From positions 66,755 through 130,754 of the forward strand of contig JBEKRC010000002.1 of assembly GCA_049997875.1 (NCBI GenBank): a DNA stretch of 64,000 nucleotides, in the 5' to 3' direction. This document shows positions 27,154 through 37,312 of this stretch, piece after piece. This DNA is from Minisyncoccia bacterium. Its GTDB lineage: Bacteria; Patescibacteriota; Minisyncoccia; UBA6257; 2-01-FULL-56-20. The notes below the pieces were generated by a model. It was not told the origin of the DNA and searched no databases. It saw nothing but the letters and a program-made list of their open reading frames with translations. The position numbers were made by a program, and so were the translations under genes. Numbering within the stretch: the first letter of the stretch is position 1; each line of letters opens with the position of its first letter.

Positions 27154-28455
27154 TTAGAACAAATATCCAATAGGGTTCAGATCGCCGCCGTAGGGCATCG
27201 GCCCGCAAACCTTTGATGGTCCCATGTAGAACGTCGCTTGAGCATAGACCGTGAAGTGCAGGTGCGGGCCGGTTGCATAACCCGTCTGGCCGGAATAGCC
27301 GATTATCTGTCCCCTCTTTACCGTGTCGCCCTTTGCGGCGATGATCCGCGAGAGGTGGCCGTAGAGTGTCGTGAGGTTGTTCGTGTGGTTGATAACCACA
27401 AATTTTCCGTATGCCCCTTTGTAGCAGTAAGTATCCTGGTTGCCGGTGGCGGCCACAACGCCATCCTCGGCCGCGAGGACCGGCGTTCCGATGGATGCGG
27501 CAAGGTCAATGCCGTTGTGCCAGTGCCCCGCGTAGCCGTTTTTGGCGAATGCGGTCGCGCCGTATCCTTGCGTGATGTCCGATTCGTCGTCGCCCTGGAT
27601 CGGCACGAGGAGCACCCCTGGCGCGAGCGCGGGCAGCGTGGAGGGGTCAATCTTTGTGCGCAGCACCGCGGCGATCGCCTCCATGTCGCTTGCGATCGCC
27701 GCCTGTTCTTTTTGAAGCGCCGTCACTTGCTCCTGGAACACGCTCTCCTGATTCTTGGTTGATTTCAAGAGGGTTTGCTTTTGCGTTTGTTGGTCCTGGA
27801 CGATCACTTTCTTGTTCTGGAGGTCTTCTTGGTGCGCCGTGACCTGGTCGGATTTCGCCGTACTGTCCCCAATCTTCGCAGCATATTCCGTGTTGAGTTC
27901 CTTGAGCGCATCAATGTCGGTCGCGAGCTCCGCACGGAGATTCAAAAGCGAATTCGCTTCCAGGACGCCGTCCGCAAGCGTCCCGCTTTTGAGAAATAGC
28001 GCGAGAAGGTTTCCATTCTCGGAATCATTTCGCTCAACTTCTTGCAAGATGCTCGCGATAGCGTTTTGTTTCGTCGTCACGGATGCCTGAATGTCCTTCA
28101 TGTCGCTTTGGAGCTGGTCAATTTCCAAGGTGAGTTGTTGTGAGGTCAGCGCGTCGGCCTGGATGCCCAAATTCAGCGAATTAACGTTGCCGTTGATCAG
28201 GTTGAGCTGCTGCTGGAGCGTCACGCGCTGCGATTGTATCTGTTTCAGGCTCGCGGTGGTGGACGCAAGCTGGGCGTTCACGTCGTTCAATTGTTGCTGC
28301 TTTTGCTGGATCTGCGTCTGCAGGGTGGTCGCCGTCATCGGCGTAGTCGTGGAGGTTGGGGAAACGCTCTGGGCACGGGCTGTGATTGCTACGATTGCAC
28401 ATCCCGTGACGACCGCCGCGACGATTTGCGCGTAAAAATAAAAAAACGTTTTCAT
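27154..28455 (-). CDS. Peptidase M23 with N-terminal TM and long coiled coil (EnvC-like)
   Basis: Start MKTFFYFYAQIV at 28455 (1 nt after gltX stop); HWHNGIDLAASIGTPVLAAEDGVV...GPHLHFTVY; Gln-rich coiled coil. Confidence 0.85.
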   Translation of the reverse strand: MKTFFYFYAQIVAAVVTGCAIVAITARAQSVSPTSTTTPMTATTLQTQIQQKQQQLNDVNAQLASTTASLKQIQSQRVTLQQQLNLINGNVNSLNLGIQADALTSQQLTLEIDQLQSDMKDIQASVTTKQNAIASILQEVERNDSENGNLLALFLKSGTLADGVLEANSLLNLRAELATDIDALKELNTEYAAKIGDSTAKSDQVTAHQEDLQNKKVIVQDQQTQKQTLLKSTKNQESVFQEQVTALQKEQAAIASDMEAIAAVLRTKIDPSTLPALAPGVLLVPIQGDDESDITQGYGATAFAKNGYAGHWHNGIDLAASIGTPVLAAEDGVVAATGNQDTYCYKGAYGKFVVINHTNNLTTLYGHLSRIIAAKGDTVKRGQIIGYSGQTGYATGPHLHFTVYAQATFYMGPSKVCGPMPYGGDLNPIGYLF

Positions 28456-28456
28456 A

Positions 28457-29953
28457 TTAAGAAGCAAGTTTCTTGCGTGCGAGGGCGATCCGGCGAAGCG
28501 ATTCTTGCTTTCCCAACACCTCCATGATTTCCAAGGGATCAGGCGAGGCTCTCTGTCCGGAAACTGCCACGCGGAGAGGCCACAGCACCGCTCCCCTCTT
28601 CTCATCAATCGTCGTAATGGTGTTCGTGACGGCCGCCGATAACGTTTCGCGGTTGAATTCCTGCGCATTGATCTTTAAAAGCGCGTCGTCCATCGCCGCG
28701 AGTGCGGCATCTGTTTCCCTGACGGAGCTTTCTTTCCAGATCAAGAGTTCCTTTTCGTACTCCGGCAGGACAAGGAAAAAGCGGCCGAGCGTTACGAAGT
28801 CGCGGAGCGTGCTCGCGCGGTTGCGCTCCACATCAATGATTTTCATAAGGACATCTTCCTCGGGTTCGGAAAGGTCCTCGGATGCAAATGGCTTCAATGC
28901 ACGTATCTCGGCCGCGATCTTTTTATTGCTCATTTTCTTCAGGTGTTCGCGGTTCAGCCATTCCAGCTTTTCCGGATTGAACGCGGCGCCGGCTTGCTGC
29001 ACCCGCGCGAGGTCAAACTCCTTTATCAATTCCTTTCTTGAAAGCACTTCGCGGTTGTCTTTGGGATGCCAGCCGAGAAGGGCTAAAAAGTTGAAGAGTG
29101 CGTCCGGCAGGTACCCCTTCTCTCGATATTGCAAAAGCGCAGTGTCGGCGAAACGCTTTGACATCTTGCTGCGATCGGGATTCAGGATAAGCGGAATATG
29201 GGCATAGACGGGCTCCGCGAATCCGAGCGCGCGCTGCATGAGAATCTGCTTCGGGGTGTTTGACAGATGATCCTCCCCGCGGATCACATGACTGATCTTC
29301 ATAAGTTCGTCGTCCACCACGACCGCGAAATTATAGAGCGGATTCAGAAGATCCTTCGCGATCACGATGTCGCCGAAGAGCGAGGTATCAAATGCAACTT
29401 TTCCGCGGATAAGATCATTAAATTCCACGTTCGTTTCGGGAATTCTGAAACGGATCACCTCCGGGCTTTTTCCGGGCGGCGGCGCCTTCAGATTTCTGCA
29501 CCGCCCGTTGTATTTCGGCGGGAGTCCCTGCGCGAGCATCGCTTCGCGTTGCGCATCAAGCTCTTCTTTGGTGCAATAGCAGTAGTATGCTTCATCCTTG
29601 CCCAAAAGTTCCTGCAGATACTTTTTATAGATCGCGGTCCGCTCGCTTTGCCGGTAGGGACCGTACGGTCCTTTTTCGTCCGCCACCGGCAGCCGACCGC
29701 CGTCCGCAAGCGGTCCCTCATCCCAATCCAAGCCGAGCCACGCAAGGCCTTCCAGGATCTCGTCTTCGTATTTTTTCTCCGAGCGCTCCTTGTCCGTGTC
29801 TTCCACGCGCATCACGAACACTCCCCCGTGCCTGCGGGCGAAAAGCCAATTGAAAAGCGCCGTCCGCGCGGTCCCAATATGCAAAGGCCCCGTGGGGCTT
29901 GGCGCCATCCTCACGCGGACCGGCATGTCCTTTTCCTCCTTTGTTCCCGCCAT
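28457..29953 (-). CDS. gltX: Glutamyl-tRNA synthetase
   Basis: RMAPSPTGPLHIGTARTALFNWLFARRHGGVFVMRVEDTD; KMSKR. Confidence 0.95.
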   Translation of the reverse strand: MAGTKEEKDMPVRVRMAPSPTGPLHIGTARTALFNWLFARRHGGVFVMRVEDTDKERSEKKYEDEILEGLAWLGLDWDEGPLADGGRLPVADEKGPYGPYRQSERTAIYKKYLQELLGKDEAYYCYCTKEELDAQREAMLAQGLPPKYNGRCRNLKAPPPGKSPEVIRFRIPETNVEFNDLIRGKVAFDTSLFGDIVIAKDLLNPLYNFAVVVDDELMKISHVIRGEDHLSNTPKQILMQRALGFAEPVYAHIPLILNPDRSKMSKRFADTALLQYREKGYLPDALFNFLALLGWHPKDNREVLSRKELIKEFDLARVQQAGAAFNPEKLEWLNREHLKKMSNKKIAAEIRALKPFASEDLSEPEEDVLMKIIDVERNRASTLRDFVTLGRFFLVLPEYEKELLIWKESSVRETDAALAAMDDALLKINAQEFNRETLSAAVTNTITTIDEKRGAVLWPLRVAVSGQRASPDPLEIMEVLGKQESLRRIALARKKLAS

Positions 29954-30155
29954 GTCTCCCCTATTTTACCGCAAATTCTGGAGGACGACCACGATGCCTT
30001 TTCGGAACCCGCTCCAGCTCGGGCGCTCTCCTCGCTCGCTTACGAAAATTTGACACCCTCCGCGGCGAGCACGGGGGTCCCGTCAAATTTTCTGCTCACT
30101 CGGAGAACGCTAATTCCTCGCCTCCGCTCGGTTCCTCAAAGGCATCGTGGTCATC

Positions 30156-31880
30156 TTAAACGATCTCTGCTTGGTAGCACTGCTCGCAATAGACGATCTC
30201 AGGGCGGTCAGGAGCGTAGGAGGTTTCAAATTCGTTGGGGCACTTGCCTTTGTGAGTATGATTCTGTTTGTCGCACATGCAGGAACGATGCCACAGTTTG
30301 AGCGGATTCCTCTGTCTGATCCGGGCGTAATGGCGGCAGTTCGGACAAAGGGCGGGGACCGCAACGTCGAGCCGTTTGTACAGCTCAAGTTCCTCCCACG
30401 TCATGCGAAAAGCCTCCGTGCATTGCTCGTGGCATTGGCCCCCGTGAGCACACGCAAAAATTTCATTCAACAAGGAATTGTTCAGCTCCTTCACTCCGGC
30501 AGCTCTTTTGGTTGCGACGTAGTTCTTCTCTTCCGGCTCCCGCCAATCAAAGCCGAGCTTGGCGGCCCCACTTTTATCAAGCGTGAAATATTCCTGTGCC
30601 ACAGTCTCGTTATAGGCGAACGGAGAATGCTCTATCGGGAAGAACTCACCGTATTTATACTCACGCCCCACTCTGTCCCGAAATGAGACCTGCCCCATTT
30701 GTTTTTTGATCTTTCCGAGGAGAGCTTCGTATTCCTCTTTGGCGTACTGCTTGTTGAAGATGCAACAGTGCTTGTCCCGCAGCGCGATGCAACCAAACAG
30801 GTCGCTTGAGCCATGGCACATCTCGCAATATTCGAGGTGATGGTTGTCGTAGGAAATACTGGAAAACTTTGAGTAGCTCAGGCGGTTTCCCGCATGGCAT
30901 TCGTACTGCCGCTCGCAGTTGAACGCGGGCTCGTAGGCGTCGTAGCAGTCCTTCAGATTCGCTGCATCCGCACTGTAAGCGCTGTTCTCTGATTCGTATA
31001 CATGAAAGCCGTGCTTCACGTTCCTGCACTCGAACAGATAGTCACCGGTGGAGTCCACGATTTTGTTGAAGGTAGCGTACTTGCGGATGCTTTTCGCCAG
31101 CACTTCGCTCTCGAACTGTTTCTTCAGACGCTCGAGGGATTGGGAATCTTTGGTTTTGATGCCAGTAATCCTTTTCTCATACTCCTCCCTTGAAAGCTGC
31201 TGGCCCATAAAGACGCAGTTCTGGTTCCGCAAGTTGGCCGACATGAAGCAGTGCTGGCAGCCACGGCAGTCATAGAGAAAGGCGCAATCAATGCAGTCCG
31301 AGCAGAGGAATAGGAACTTGCTGCGCGAGCACTTGTCGCATTCGTTCAGTTCGTAGCAGAGCTCCGATTCAAATGCTCCGTAGCAATCCATCACGTCGCG
31401 ACACTTGATGACCCATTTACTGTAGAGCACGTTTTCGCTGAAGCCCGTGTCAACACACAGATAGCAGTCCTTTGGATGGTCGGTATGGTTGGTATACGGA
31501 CTGTTCACGGGATTCTTCTGGTACAGGGCGACTCGCGGGATTGCCAAACTTAGCTCATAAAACTGCTGGAAGAACGGTTTTGAAAAGTCGTACTCCTTGC
31601 CGTATTCAAAAGGGTCCCATTTATCGCTCCACCAACATGCGTTGCAGTACACCTTGAATTTGCTCCCTTTTGGGTACATGGAAATGATGTCTGCGTGGCA
31701 GAAGTCGCAGGAACGTTTGTAAAGGGTGCGCTCGTTGCGGCGGGCCATTTTGCGTTGTAGGCGGCAATCGGGACAAAACGTCGGCGGCGGGACATCTATT
31801 TCCTTGTAGAATGCGGAATCCTCCGGCTCAATTGTGAACTGGTTCTTGCAATTCTGACAAACGCGGATTTCTGGTCCCAT
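30156..31880 (-). CDS. Large cysteine-rich protein (574 aa, about 50 Cys) with N- and C-terminal zinc-ribbon CxxC pairs; unknown function
   Basis: CQNC-x20-CPDC, CDFCH-x15-CNAC at N-terminus; many CxxC/CxC pairs centrally (LCSDCIDCAFLYDCRGCQHCF); C-terminal CPNC...CMC...CEQC; lower GC than flanks. Confidence 0.7.
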   Translation of the reverse strand: MGPEIRVCQNCKNQFTIEPEDSAFYKEIDVPPPTFCPDCRLQRKMARRNERTLYKRSCDFCHADIISMYPKGSKFKVYCNACWWSDKWDPFEYGKEYDFSKPFFQQFYELSLAIPRVALYQKNPVNSPYTNHTDHPKDCYLCVDTGFSENVLYSKWVIKCRDVMDCYGAFESELCYELNECDKCSRSKFLFLCSDCIDCAFLYDCRGCQHCFMSANLRNQNCVFMGQQLSREEYEKRITGIKTKDSQSLERLKKQFESEVLAKSIRKYATFNKIVDSTGDYLFECRNVKHGFHVYESENSAYSADAANLKDCYDAYEPAFNCERQYECHAGNRLSYSKFSSISYDNHHLEYCEMCHGSSDLFGCIALRDKHCCIFNKQYAKEEYEALLGKIKKQMGQVSFRDRVGREYKYGEFFPIEHSPFAYNETVAQEYFTLDKSGAAKLGFDWREPEEKNYVATKRAAGVKELNNSLLNEIFACAHGGQCHEQCTEAFRMTWEELELYKRLDVAVPALCPNCRHYARIRQRNPLKLWHRSCMCDKQNHTHKGKCPNEFETSYAPDRPEIVYCEQCYQAEIV

Positions 31881-32050
31881 AGATCTTATTCTACCTCATT
31901 CGCCCAGATGCGACATTCACAACGCGCACGTGTTCATTTTGGTTACAAGGCGAATGACGCTGAACCCGTTGTCAGATGGTTCGTGACCGTGTATTATGAT
32001 GCTAGCGGTAAGTTAGTTGTCCCGCTATAGATGCCTGAAGGAGGTTACCG

Positions 32051-32242
32051 ATGGGAGACGTTAATCTAGAAGTACCTGACTTTACAAAACTCATGGAGGG
32101 CATACCCCCGGATGACTATGTGGTAGTTTCTGATGATAGCACGAGCGTGCTCGCTCACGGACCTATCTTTGAAGAGGTCATCGAGAAAGCCCCCAAGGGT
32201 TTCGTTATCCGCAACACGAGGCTACCTCTGGTTCTCGCGTGA
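32051..32242 (+). CDS. Small protein (63 aa) with strong RBS and own terminator
   Basis: AGGAGG at 32038-32043, ATG 32051; terminator 32264-32315; sequence VVVSDDSTSVLAHGPIFEEVIEKAPKGFVIRNTRLP. Confidence 0.55.
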   Translation: MGDVNLEVPDFTKLMEGIPPDDYVVVSDDSTSVLAHGPIFEEVIEKAPKGFVIRNTRLPLVLA

Positions 32243-32263
32243 ATGCGGGACGAGCAGGAAACT

Positions 32264-32315
32264 GGCGCGCAGGAGGTCAGCAATGATCGTTCTCCCTGCG
32301 CGCCTTTTCGTTTTG
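32264..32315 (+). terminator. Rho-independent terminator after the 63-aa gene
   Basis: GGCGCGCAGG-21nt-CCTGCGCGCC followed by TTTTCGTTTTG. Confidence 0.65.
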
Positions 32316-32384
32316 ATAATGTCTGCTCTGGCAGCTGGAGGATGTGAGAACCTACCTAAAAAAGTCTACTTTGGGCAACTCTCC

Positions 32385-33290
32385 TCACAAGCCCTCATCT
32401 GGATTGTCGGTTTCTGCTTTTAGGGCATCAGCAATATATGATTTATACCTAGACAAAACCTCCCTGACTTTCTGATTATTATCTTGATCGTCTCCTTGAG
32501 ATATTTTTATAAAATCAGGTAGCGTGGCCAACGCAACCATTTCTTCAACCGGTTTTCCATTAATCTCCTTAATTCCCGATTTTTGTAACTCTACCATCAA
32601 TTGAACCAGGGCCTCTTCCGTGCCGCAGACGATTTTCTTCACTTTTTCTATAGGGATACCAATCTTAAACATCTGCTCATTACCGTAGTTCCAAGATTTC
32701 TTTTGCGTTTCAAACAATTCTTCGGGGCTTACCCTGCCTCTAAAAGTGGTCGGGTCGGCGCCGCCATGTCGGTCCTCATTGAAAGAATACCAATCAAGCC
32801 TATCAACAATGTCCGGTTCAAACACCAAAGACACAACGCCGGGATCAACCTTCGTCTTAGAGTTAGCTAATCCTTCCGGTGTCACAATACGAGTGAAAGC
32901 GAATTCGGCGGCCCCTGTCTGTAAATCAATGTCAGAAGACAAACCCTTTGTCGTTAATTTTCTTCGCAGGCGTTCCTTGGTGGACAACAGACCTCCTTCT
33001 TTAATCATCTGCGATACGTCTTTCGGCTCATAGGTATGATGATAAATTGCAAAAGGGGTAATCTTTTGATACTCTCGGTACTTTCCCGGCTCTACAAAGG
33101 TGGAGTACCCAGGAAAGATTTCTTTTTTGTCTAAGCGCTTTTCAATACTCTCTGGCGCTTTGCTCATATAATGCCATCCATAGAGTGCTCTTTTTTCTTC
33201 CTCTTCCTTTTCTCGTCGTTCGCTCATCGCCCTTTGTTCGTCGGTCATCATCTCTTCAGCTTTTGTGATTTCCTCCTGCGATGGTTCCAT
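32385..33290 (-). CDS. Hypothetical protein (301 aa), low-GC gene, acidic N-terminus
   Basis: About 42% GC versus about 60% flanks; no family recognised. Confidence 0.5.
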   Translation of the reverse strand: MEPSQEEITKAEEMMTDEQRAMSERREKEEEEKRALYGWHYMSKAPESIEKRLDKKEIFPGYSTFVEPGKYREYQKITPFAIYHHTYEPKDVSQMIKEGGLLSTKERLRRKLTTKGLSSDIDLQTGAAEFAFTRIVTPEGLANSKTKVDPGVVSLVFEPDIVDRLDWYSFNEDRHGGADPTTFRGRVSPEELFETQKKSWNYGNEQMFKIGIPIEKVKKIVCGTEEALVQLMVELQKSGIKEINGKPVEEMVALATLPDFIKISQGDDQDNNQKVREVLSRYKSYIADALKAETDNPDEGL

Positions 33291-33304
33291 TGTATGTTGT
33301 GCTG

Positions 33305-34438
33305 TTATATCGCAAGCCGAAGCAATTCCTCCGCGATTTTTTCCGCTGCGTTGGGGAGGAAGAACTCACGTGCGGCGACACTCATCTTGGCGCGTAACTC
33401 CTGGTTGCCCAGAATCGCCTTCAGTTGCCCGAGAAAGATGCCTTCAAAGAGATTGGCTTCTTCTATCACGACCGCGCCGCCGCCCTTTGCGAATTCGTAC
33501 GCGTTTATTTTCTGATGGTCGTTGGCCGCATCGGCAAGCGGGATAAGGATCATGGGGATACCGAACGAGGCGACCTCGGCAATGGTATTGCTGCCGGCGC
33601 GCGAGACCACGAGATCGGCGGCGGCAAGCGCGAGCGAAAGGTCTTTCTCAAAATACCCCACGGCCTTGTAGCGATTTTGGAACGATTCGTCAATGAGCGC
33701 GGCGCGGGAGAGCCGCGCAACCTCCGGCAAATTCGCCGCGCCGGTTTGGTGAAACACCTGGGTCTCCTTTATAAGCGCGGCGATGCCTTCAAGAATGAAT
33801 TGATTGATCCGTTGTGAGCCCTGCGAACCGCCAAGAATGAGCGTAAGCGGACTCTGGGAATCAAAGCCAAGCGTTTCTTTTGTGGGTTCTTTCGCGGTTC
33901 TTCCTACGAGGAGTCCCTCCCGGATCGGCGTCCCCGTCACCTGCGTTTTCTGCGGATTGAAGTAAACGGCCGCGCTTGTGAAGCTCACGAACACTCTCCT
34001 CGCGAAACGCGCGGAAAAAAGATTGGTGAGACCCGGCTTCGCGTCGGATTCATGGATGGCGATGGGGATGCGATAAAACCAGCCGGCGACGACCACGGGC
34101 AAGGCACCTGTGCCGCCTTTTGAAAAAATGACGTCGGGCATAAGGAGGTACAGCTTGAAAAGCGCGTGGAGGAATCCGATAAAGAATTTGGGGATGTCAA
34201 CGAAGTTCGCTAATGATGCATACCGTCGGACCTTGCCGGCCACGATCGGCGAAAGCGTGACACCGCAGTCGGCGAAGAGCGGTTCGTATCCGTCCCGCGG
34301 ACCCACGCGGATCACCTCAAACGGCGCTCCGAGCTCGACGCACCGCTTTTTGAGCGCTTCAATCACCGCGATCGTGGGGTATACGTGTCCCCCGCTTCCC
34401 CCGCCCGCCACCACTACGCGAAAAGTTTCTTGCCTCAT
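33305..34438 (-). CDS. murG: Undecaprenyl-PP-MurNAc-pentapeptide-UDPGlcNAc GlcNAc transferase
   Basis: VVVAGGGSGGHVYPTIAVIEAL. Confidence 0.9.
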   Translation of the reverse strand: MRQETFRVVVAGGGSGGHVYPTIAVIEALKKRCVELGAPFEVIRVGPRDGYEPLFADCGVTLSPIVAGKVRRYASLANFVDIPKFFIGFLHALFKLYLLMPDVIFSKGGTGALPVVVAGWFYRIPIAIHESDAKPGLTNLFSARFARRVFVSFTSAAVYFNPQKTQVTGTPIREGLLVGRTAKEPTKETLGFDSQSPLTLILGGSQGSQRINQFILEGIAALIKETQVFHQTGAANLPEVARLSRAALIDESFQNRYKAVGYFEKDLSLALAAADLVVSRAGSNTIAEVASFGIPMILIPLADAANDHQKINAYEFAKGGGAVVIEEANLFEGIFLGQLKAILGNQELRAKMSVAAREFFLPNAAEKIAEELLRLAI

Positions 34439-34450
34439 TGTCTTCGTATG

Positions 34451-35560
34451 TTACGTATATTTTGACACATTGAGCGCGATCCCGCTCATGGTGAGAAAAA
34501 CCGCAAGTGCCGTGCCGCCGTAGCTTACGAATGGCAACGGAACCCCCGTGAGAGGAATGAGTCCGGAGGTCGCCGCCATATTCACGAATGCCTGGAGCGC
34601 GATCGCCGTTCCAAAGCCGATGAGGAGCAGTCGGCCGAAGCGATCGTTCGTCTTCTTCGCAAGCCAATAGAGGCGGGCGGCAAAGAGCGCAAAAAGCGCC
34701 ACAAGCGCGCCCGCGCCCACGAAACCGAGTTCCTCCGCCACCACGGCAAAAATGGAATCGTCAATCGGCGTTGGAAGATAGCTTGTTTTAGTTGCTGACT
34801 GCCCATAGCCCGCCCCCGTGAGCCCGCCCGAGCCAATGGCAATAAGCGATTGGTTCAGTTGATAATTCGCCCCTTGCGTATTCGCACTTTGGTCAAGGAA
34901 GCTAAGAATCCTCGTGCGGCGATACGGAGTGATATAGATCACGAGTCCGATAGCGACGACGGCGCAGAGTGCGATGAGAAGGATGTAACGTAGCGGCGCA
35001 CCGCTCATGAAGTACACCGCGAGTCCCGAGAAGAGAAGGATGGCGACCGTACTTGTCGCCGGTTGCAGGATGAGAAGTCCCGCGATAATGCCGGAGATGA
35101 TAAGAAACGGCAGAAGGCCCGCCTGAAAGTCGGTGGCACGCTTCAGTTTCGGATTAGAAAGCCAGGCCGCAAGGTAAATGATGAACGTAAGTTTCATGAG
35201 TTCCGCCGGTTGGAAGCTCAAAGGGCCGAGCCGGAGCCAACGGCTTGTATTGTTCGCTTGAAGGCCGAACGGCGTAAAGACGAGAACCAGCGCCGCCAAG
35301 CTCATGAGCAGTAAAATGAACGCCACTTTTTTCCAGTGCCCATAATATACGTAATACCCAACAAGAAATCCGACGATCCCGACCGATATGCCGTAGAGAA
35401 TCTGGTGCTTCAGGTAATAATAGGTGTCGTTGAACTGGGTTTTCCCGAGGTTGGACGAAGCGGACGCAAGCATGGCGAGTCCGAACACTACGAGGATGAC
35501 GATGATCGCGAAAAAAAAGTAATCCGGATTATGACCGCGCTTGCCGGAGCCGAGGATCAT
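34451..35560 (-). CDS. ftsW: SEDS-family peptidoglycan glycosyltransferase FtsW/RodA
   Basis: GQSATKTSYLPTPIDDSIFAVVAEELGFVGA...PLPFVSYGGTALAVFLTMSGIALNV; ATGA overlap with upstream gene stop. Confidence 0.85.
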   Translation of the reverse strand: MILGSGKRGHNPDYFFFAIIVILVVFGLAMLASASSNLGKTQFNDTYYYLKHQILYGISVGIVGFLVGYYVYYGHWKKVAFILLLMSLAALVLVFTPFGLQANNTSRWLRLGPLSFQPAELMKLTFIIYLAAWLSNPKLKRATDFQAGLLPFLIISGIIAGLLILQPATSTVAILLFSGLAVYFMSGAPLRYILLIALCAVVAIGLVIYITPYRRTRILSFLDQSANTQGANYQLNQSLIAIGSGGLTGAGYGQSATKTSYLPTPIDDSIFAVVAEELGFVGAGALVALFALFAARLYWLAKKTNDRFGRLLLIGFGTAIALQAFVNMAATSGLIPLTGVPLPFVSYGGTALAVFLTMSGIALNVSKYT

Positions 35561-37068
35561 GGTTTGTGGCGGAGCACTTTGCCCGCGAACATCTGCGCAC
35601 ATGCGCCATTATGCATCGCCACTTTGCCGTTCACTATGGTGAATTTGATCTCATCACTCTTGAAACACACAAGATCCGCAAAATTACCCTCCGTGACAGT
35701 TCCCCGGAGCGCAAGATCAAACTTTTTCGCCGGCGCCGCGGTAATCTTCGTGATTGCTTCTTCAAGCGGCATCAAATGTTCCTGTTCCACCATGGCCAAA
35801 AACTTGGTGAACGTGCTTGTGGTCCGCTCCGATTTCAACTGTCTGCCGGGCGCGGCGCTGTCGGTGAAGCTCGGGGCGTTGGAGGCGATAAAACTCCGCT
35901 TGGAGGCCATCGCGCGCTTTGTGAGATGGCTTGCAAGATTCCGGTAGAGCACGCCGCCCCGCATATTCATCGTCACCATGAGCCGGATGAGCGCGTCCCG
36001 CCCGTCGGTGAATCCATACATATGTTTCACTTCCTTTAACGATTTTCCCACCAAAAAGTCGTTGCCGGGCGCCTGCGCGATCACAAAATGCTCTTCGTCA
36101 AGGTGCGGCATGTCTTTGCGGATGCGCGCCGCGAGCCATTCGTCCTTTACGTTTGCGAGCATGACGTCCACGCCGCCGTTCTGCGCCCAAAGTGGAAGGA
36201 ACGTATAGATAGGCAAGAGTGAACTTGAAGAAGGATAAATATCAAAATGAAAGTCCATATCGTCCGGCAGGGCTTCTATCGCCGCGAGTGCGGTTTCATA
36301 CTCTTCTTCCGAACCGACGACGGGAACAAAATGGCTGACGAGGGTTTTTACGCCGGTTTCCTTTGCGAGGTTGATGGTTTCTTCTACCGAAGCTGCGATG
36401 CCTTTGCTCGGATTTCGCAAGTGCGTCGCATACACGCCATGAAATTTTTTTGCGATGCCTACAAGGGATTTAAGTTCCGCATAGGAGGTATTCCTCACAT
36501 GTACGTACGCAAGGCCGGTGGAAACCCCGAACGCGCCCTCCTCCAATGCCGCCGTGAGGGTCTGCGAAAAAACGTCCAATTCGTTTTTGGTGAGATCGCG
36601 CAAATCCTCTCCAAGGATCGCGCGACGGATCGTGGCGTGGCCTACGAGCGTCCCGAAATTTACACCAAGAGGTCGACGATCCAGTACCCTAAGAAACTCT
36701 CCCATTGCATGCCAATTGACGTTCACGCGGTTCGGATCGCCCCACTTGCTCACGGATTCCAGCGTGCCATAAAGGAGCGGCGCAAGCGATGAACCGCACA
36801 TGCCGCCCAGAATGGTCGTCACGCCCTGCTTCAAAAAATCCTCCTGCCCGGGATGCTCAAACAGCGTGAGATAATGGTCCGAATCGGTATTTACGTCAAT
36901 GAACCCGGGGCTCAAATACGCATCCTGGCCGTCCATGACTACATCAGCTTTTTTATTCGGAAAGTTGCCGATCGCCGAAATCTTGTCACCGCTTACGAAT
37001 ACATCGGATGAATCAGGAAACGGCCGGCTTCCACCCAAAATCCGCACGTTCTTGATGAGAAGCGTCAT
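35557..37068 (-). CDS. Amidohydrolase-family protein (D-aminoacylase-like)
   Basis: LIKNVRILGG...VSGDKISAIG...DAYLSPGFIDVNTDSDHY; canonical HxH replaced by NTD. Confidence 0.7.
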   Translation of the reverse strand: MTLLIKNVRILGGSRPFPDSSDVFVSGDKISAIGNFPNKKADVVMDGQDAYLSPGFIDVNTDSDHYLTLFEHPGQEDFLKQGVTTILGGMCGSSLAPLLYGTLESVSKWGDPNRVNVNWHAMGEFLRVLDRRPLGVNFGTLVGHATIRRAILGEDLRDLTKNELDVFSQTLTAALEEGAFGVSTGLAYVHVRNTSYAELKSLVGIAKKFHGVYATHLRNPSKGIAASVEETINLAKETGVKTLVSHFVPVVGSEEEYETALAAIEALPDDMDFHFDIYPSSSSLLPIYTFLPLWAQNGGVDVMLANVKDEWLAARIRKDMPHLDEEHFVIAQAPGNDFLVGKSLKEVKHMYGFTDGRDALIRLMVTMNMRGGVLYRNLASHLTKRAMASKRSFIASNAPSFTDSAAPGRQLKSERTTSTFTKFLAMVEQEHLMPLEEAITKITAAPAKKFDLALRGTVTEGNFADLVCFKSDEIKFTIVNGKVAMHNGACAQMFAGKVLRHKP

Positions 37069-37312
37069 TCCCCTTCATTATACAACAAAATTCTCATGGC
37101 CCGCGCCGGACGTTGGTGAGATGCATGTAAGGTCCGAGTCCGGCCGCCGGAGCACCTAGTAAAAGTATCGGACAGATCGAGGAGGGTTCAGCTTCCCAAT
37201 ATGGGAGTAAGGTAAGGTTGACGATGGTTTTCCAATATAGTATGCTATTGTCGGAATCGGGTCGTCCCGGATCTTGTAACCAAAATACGGAAGACACCAA
37301 TAAGGAGGGTGT

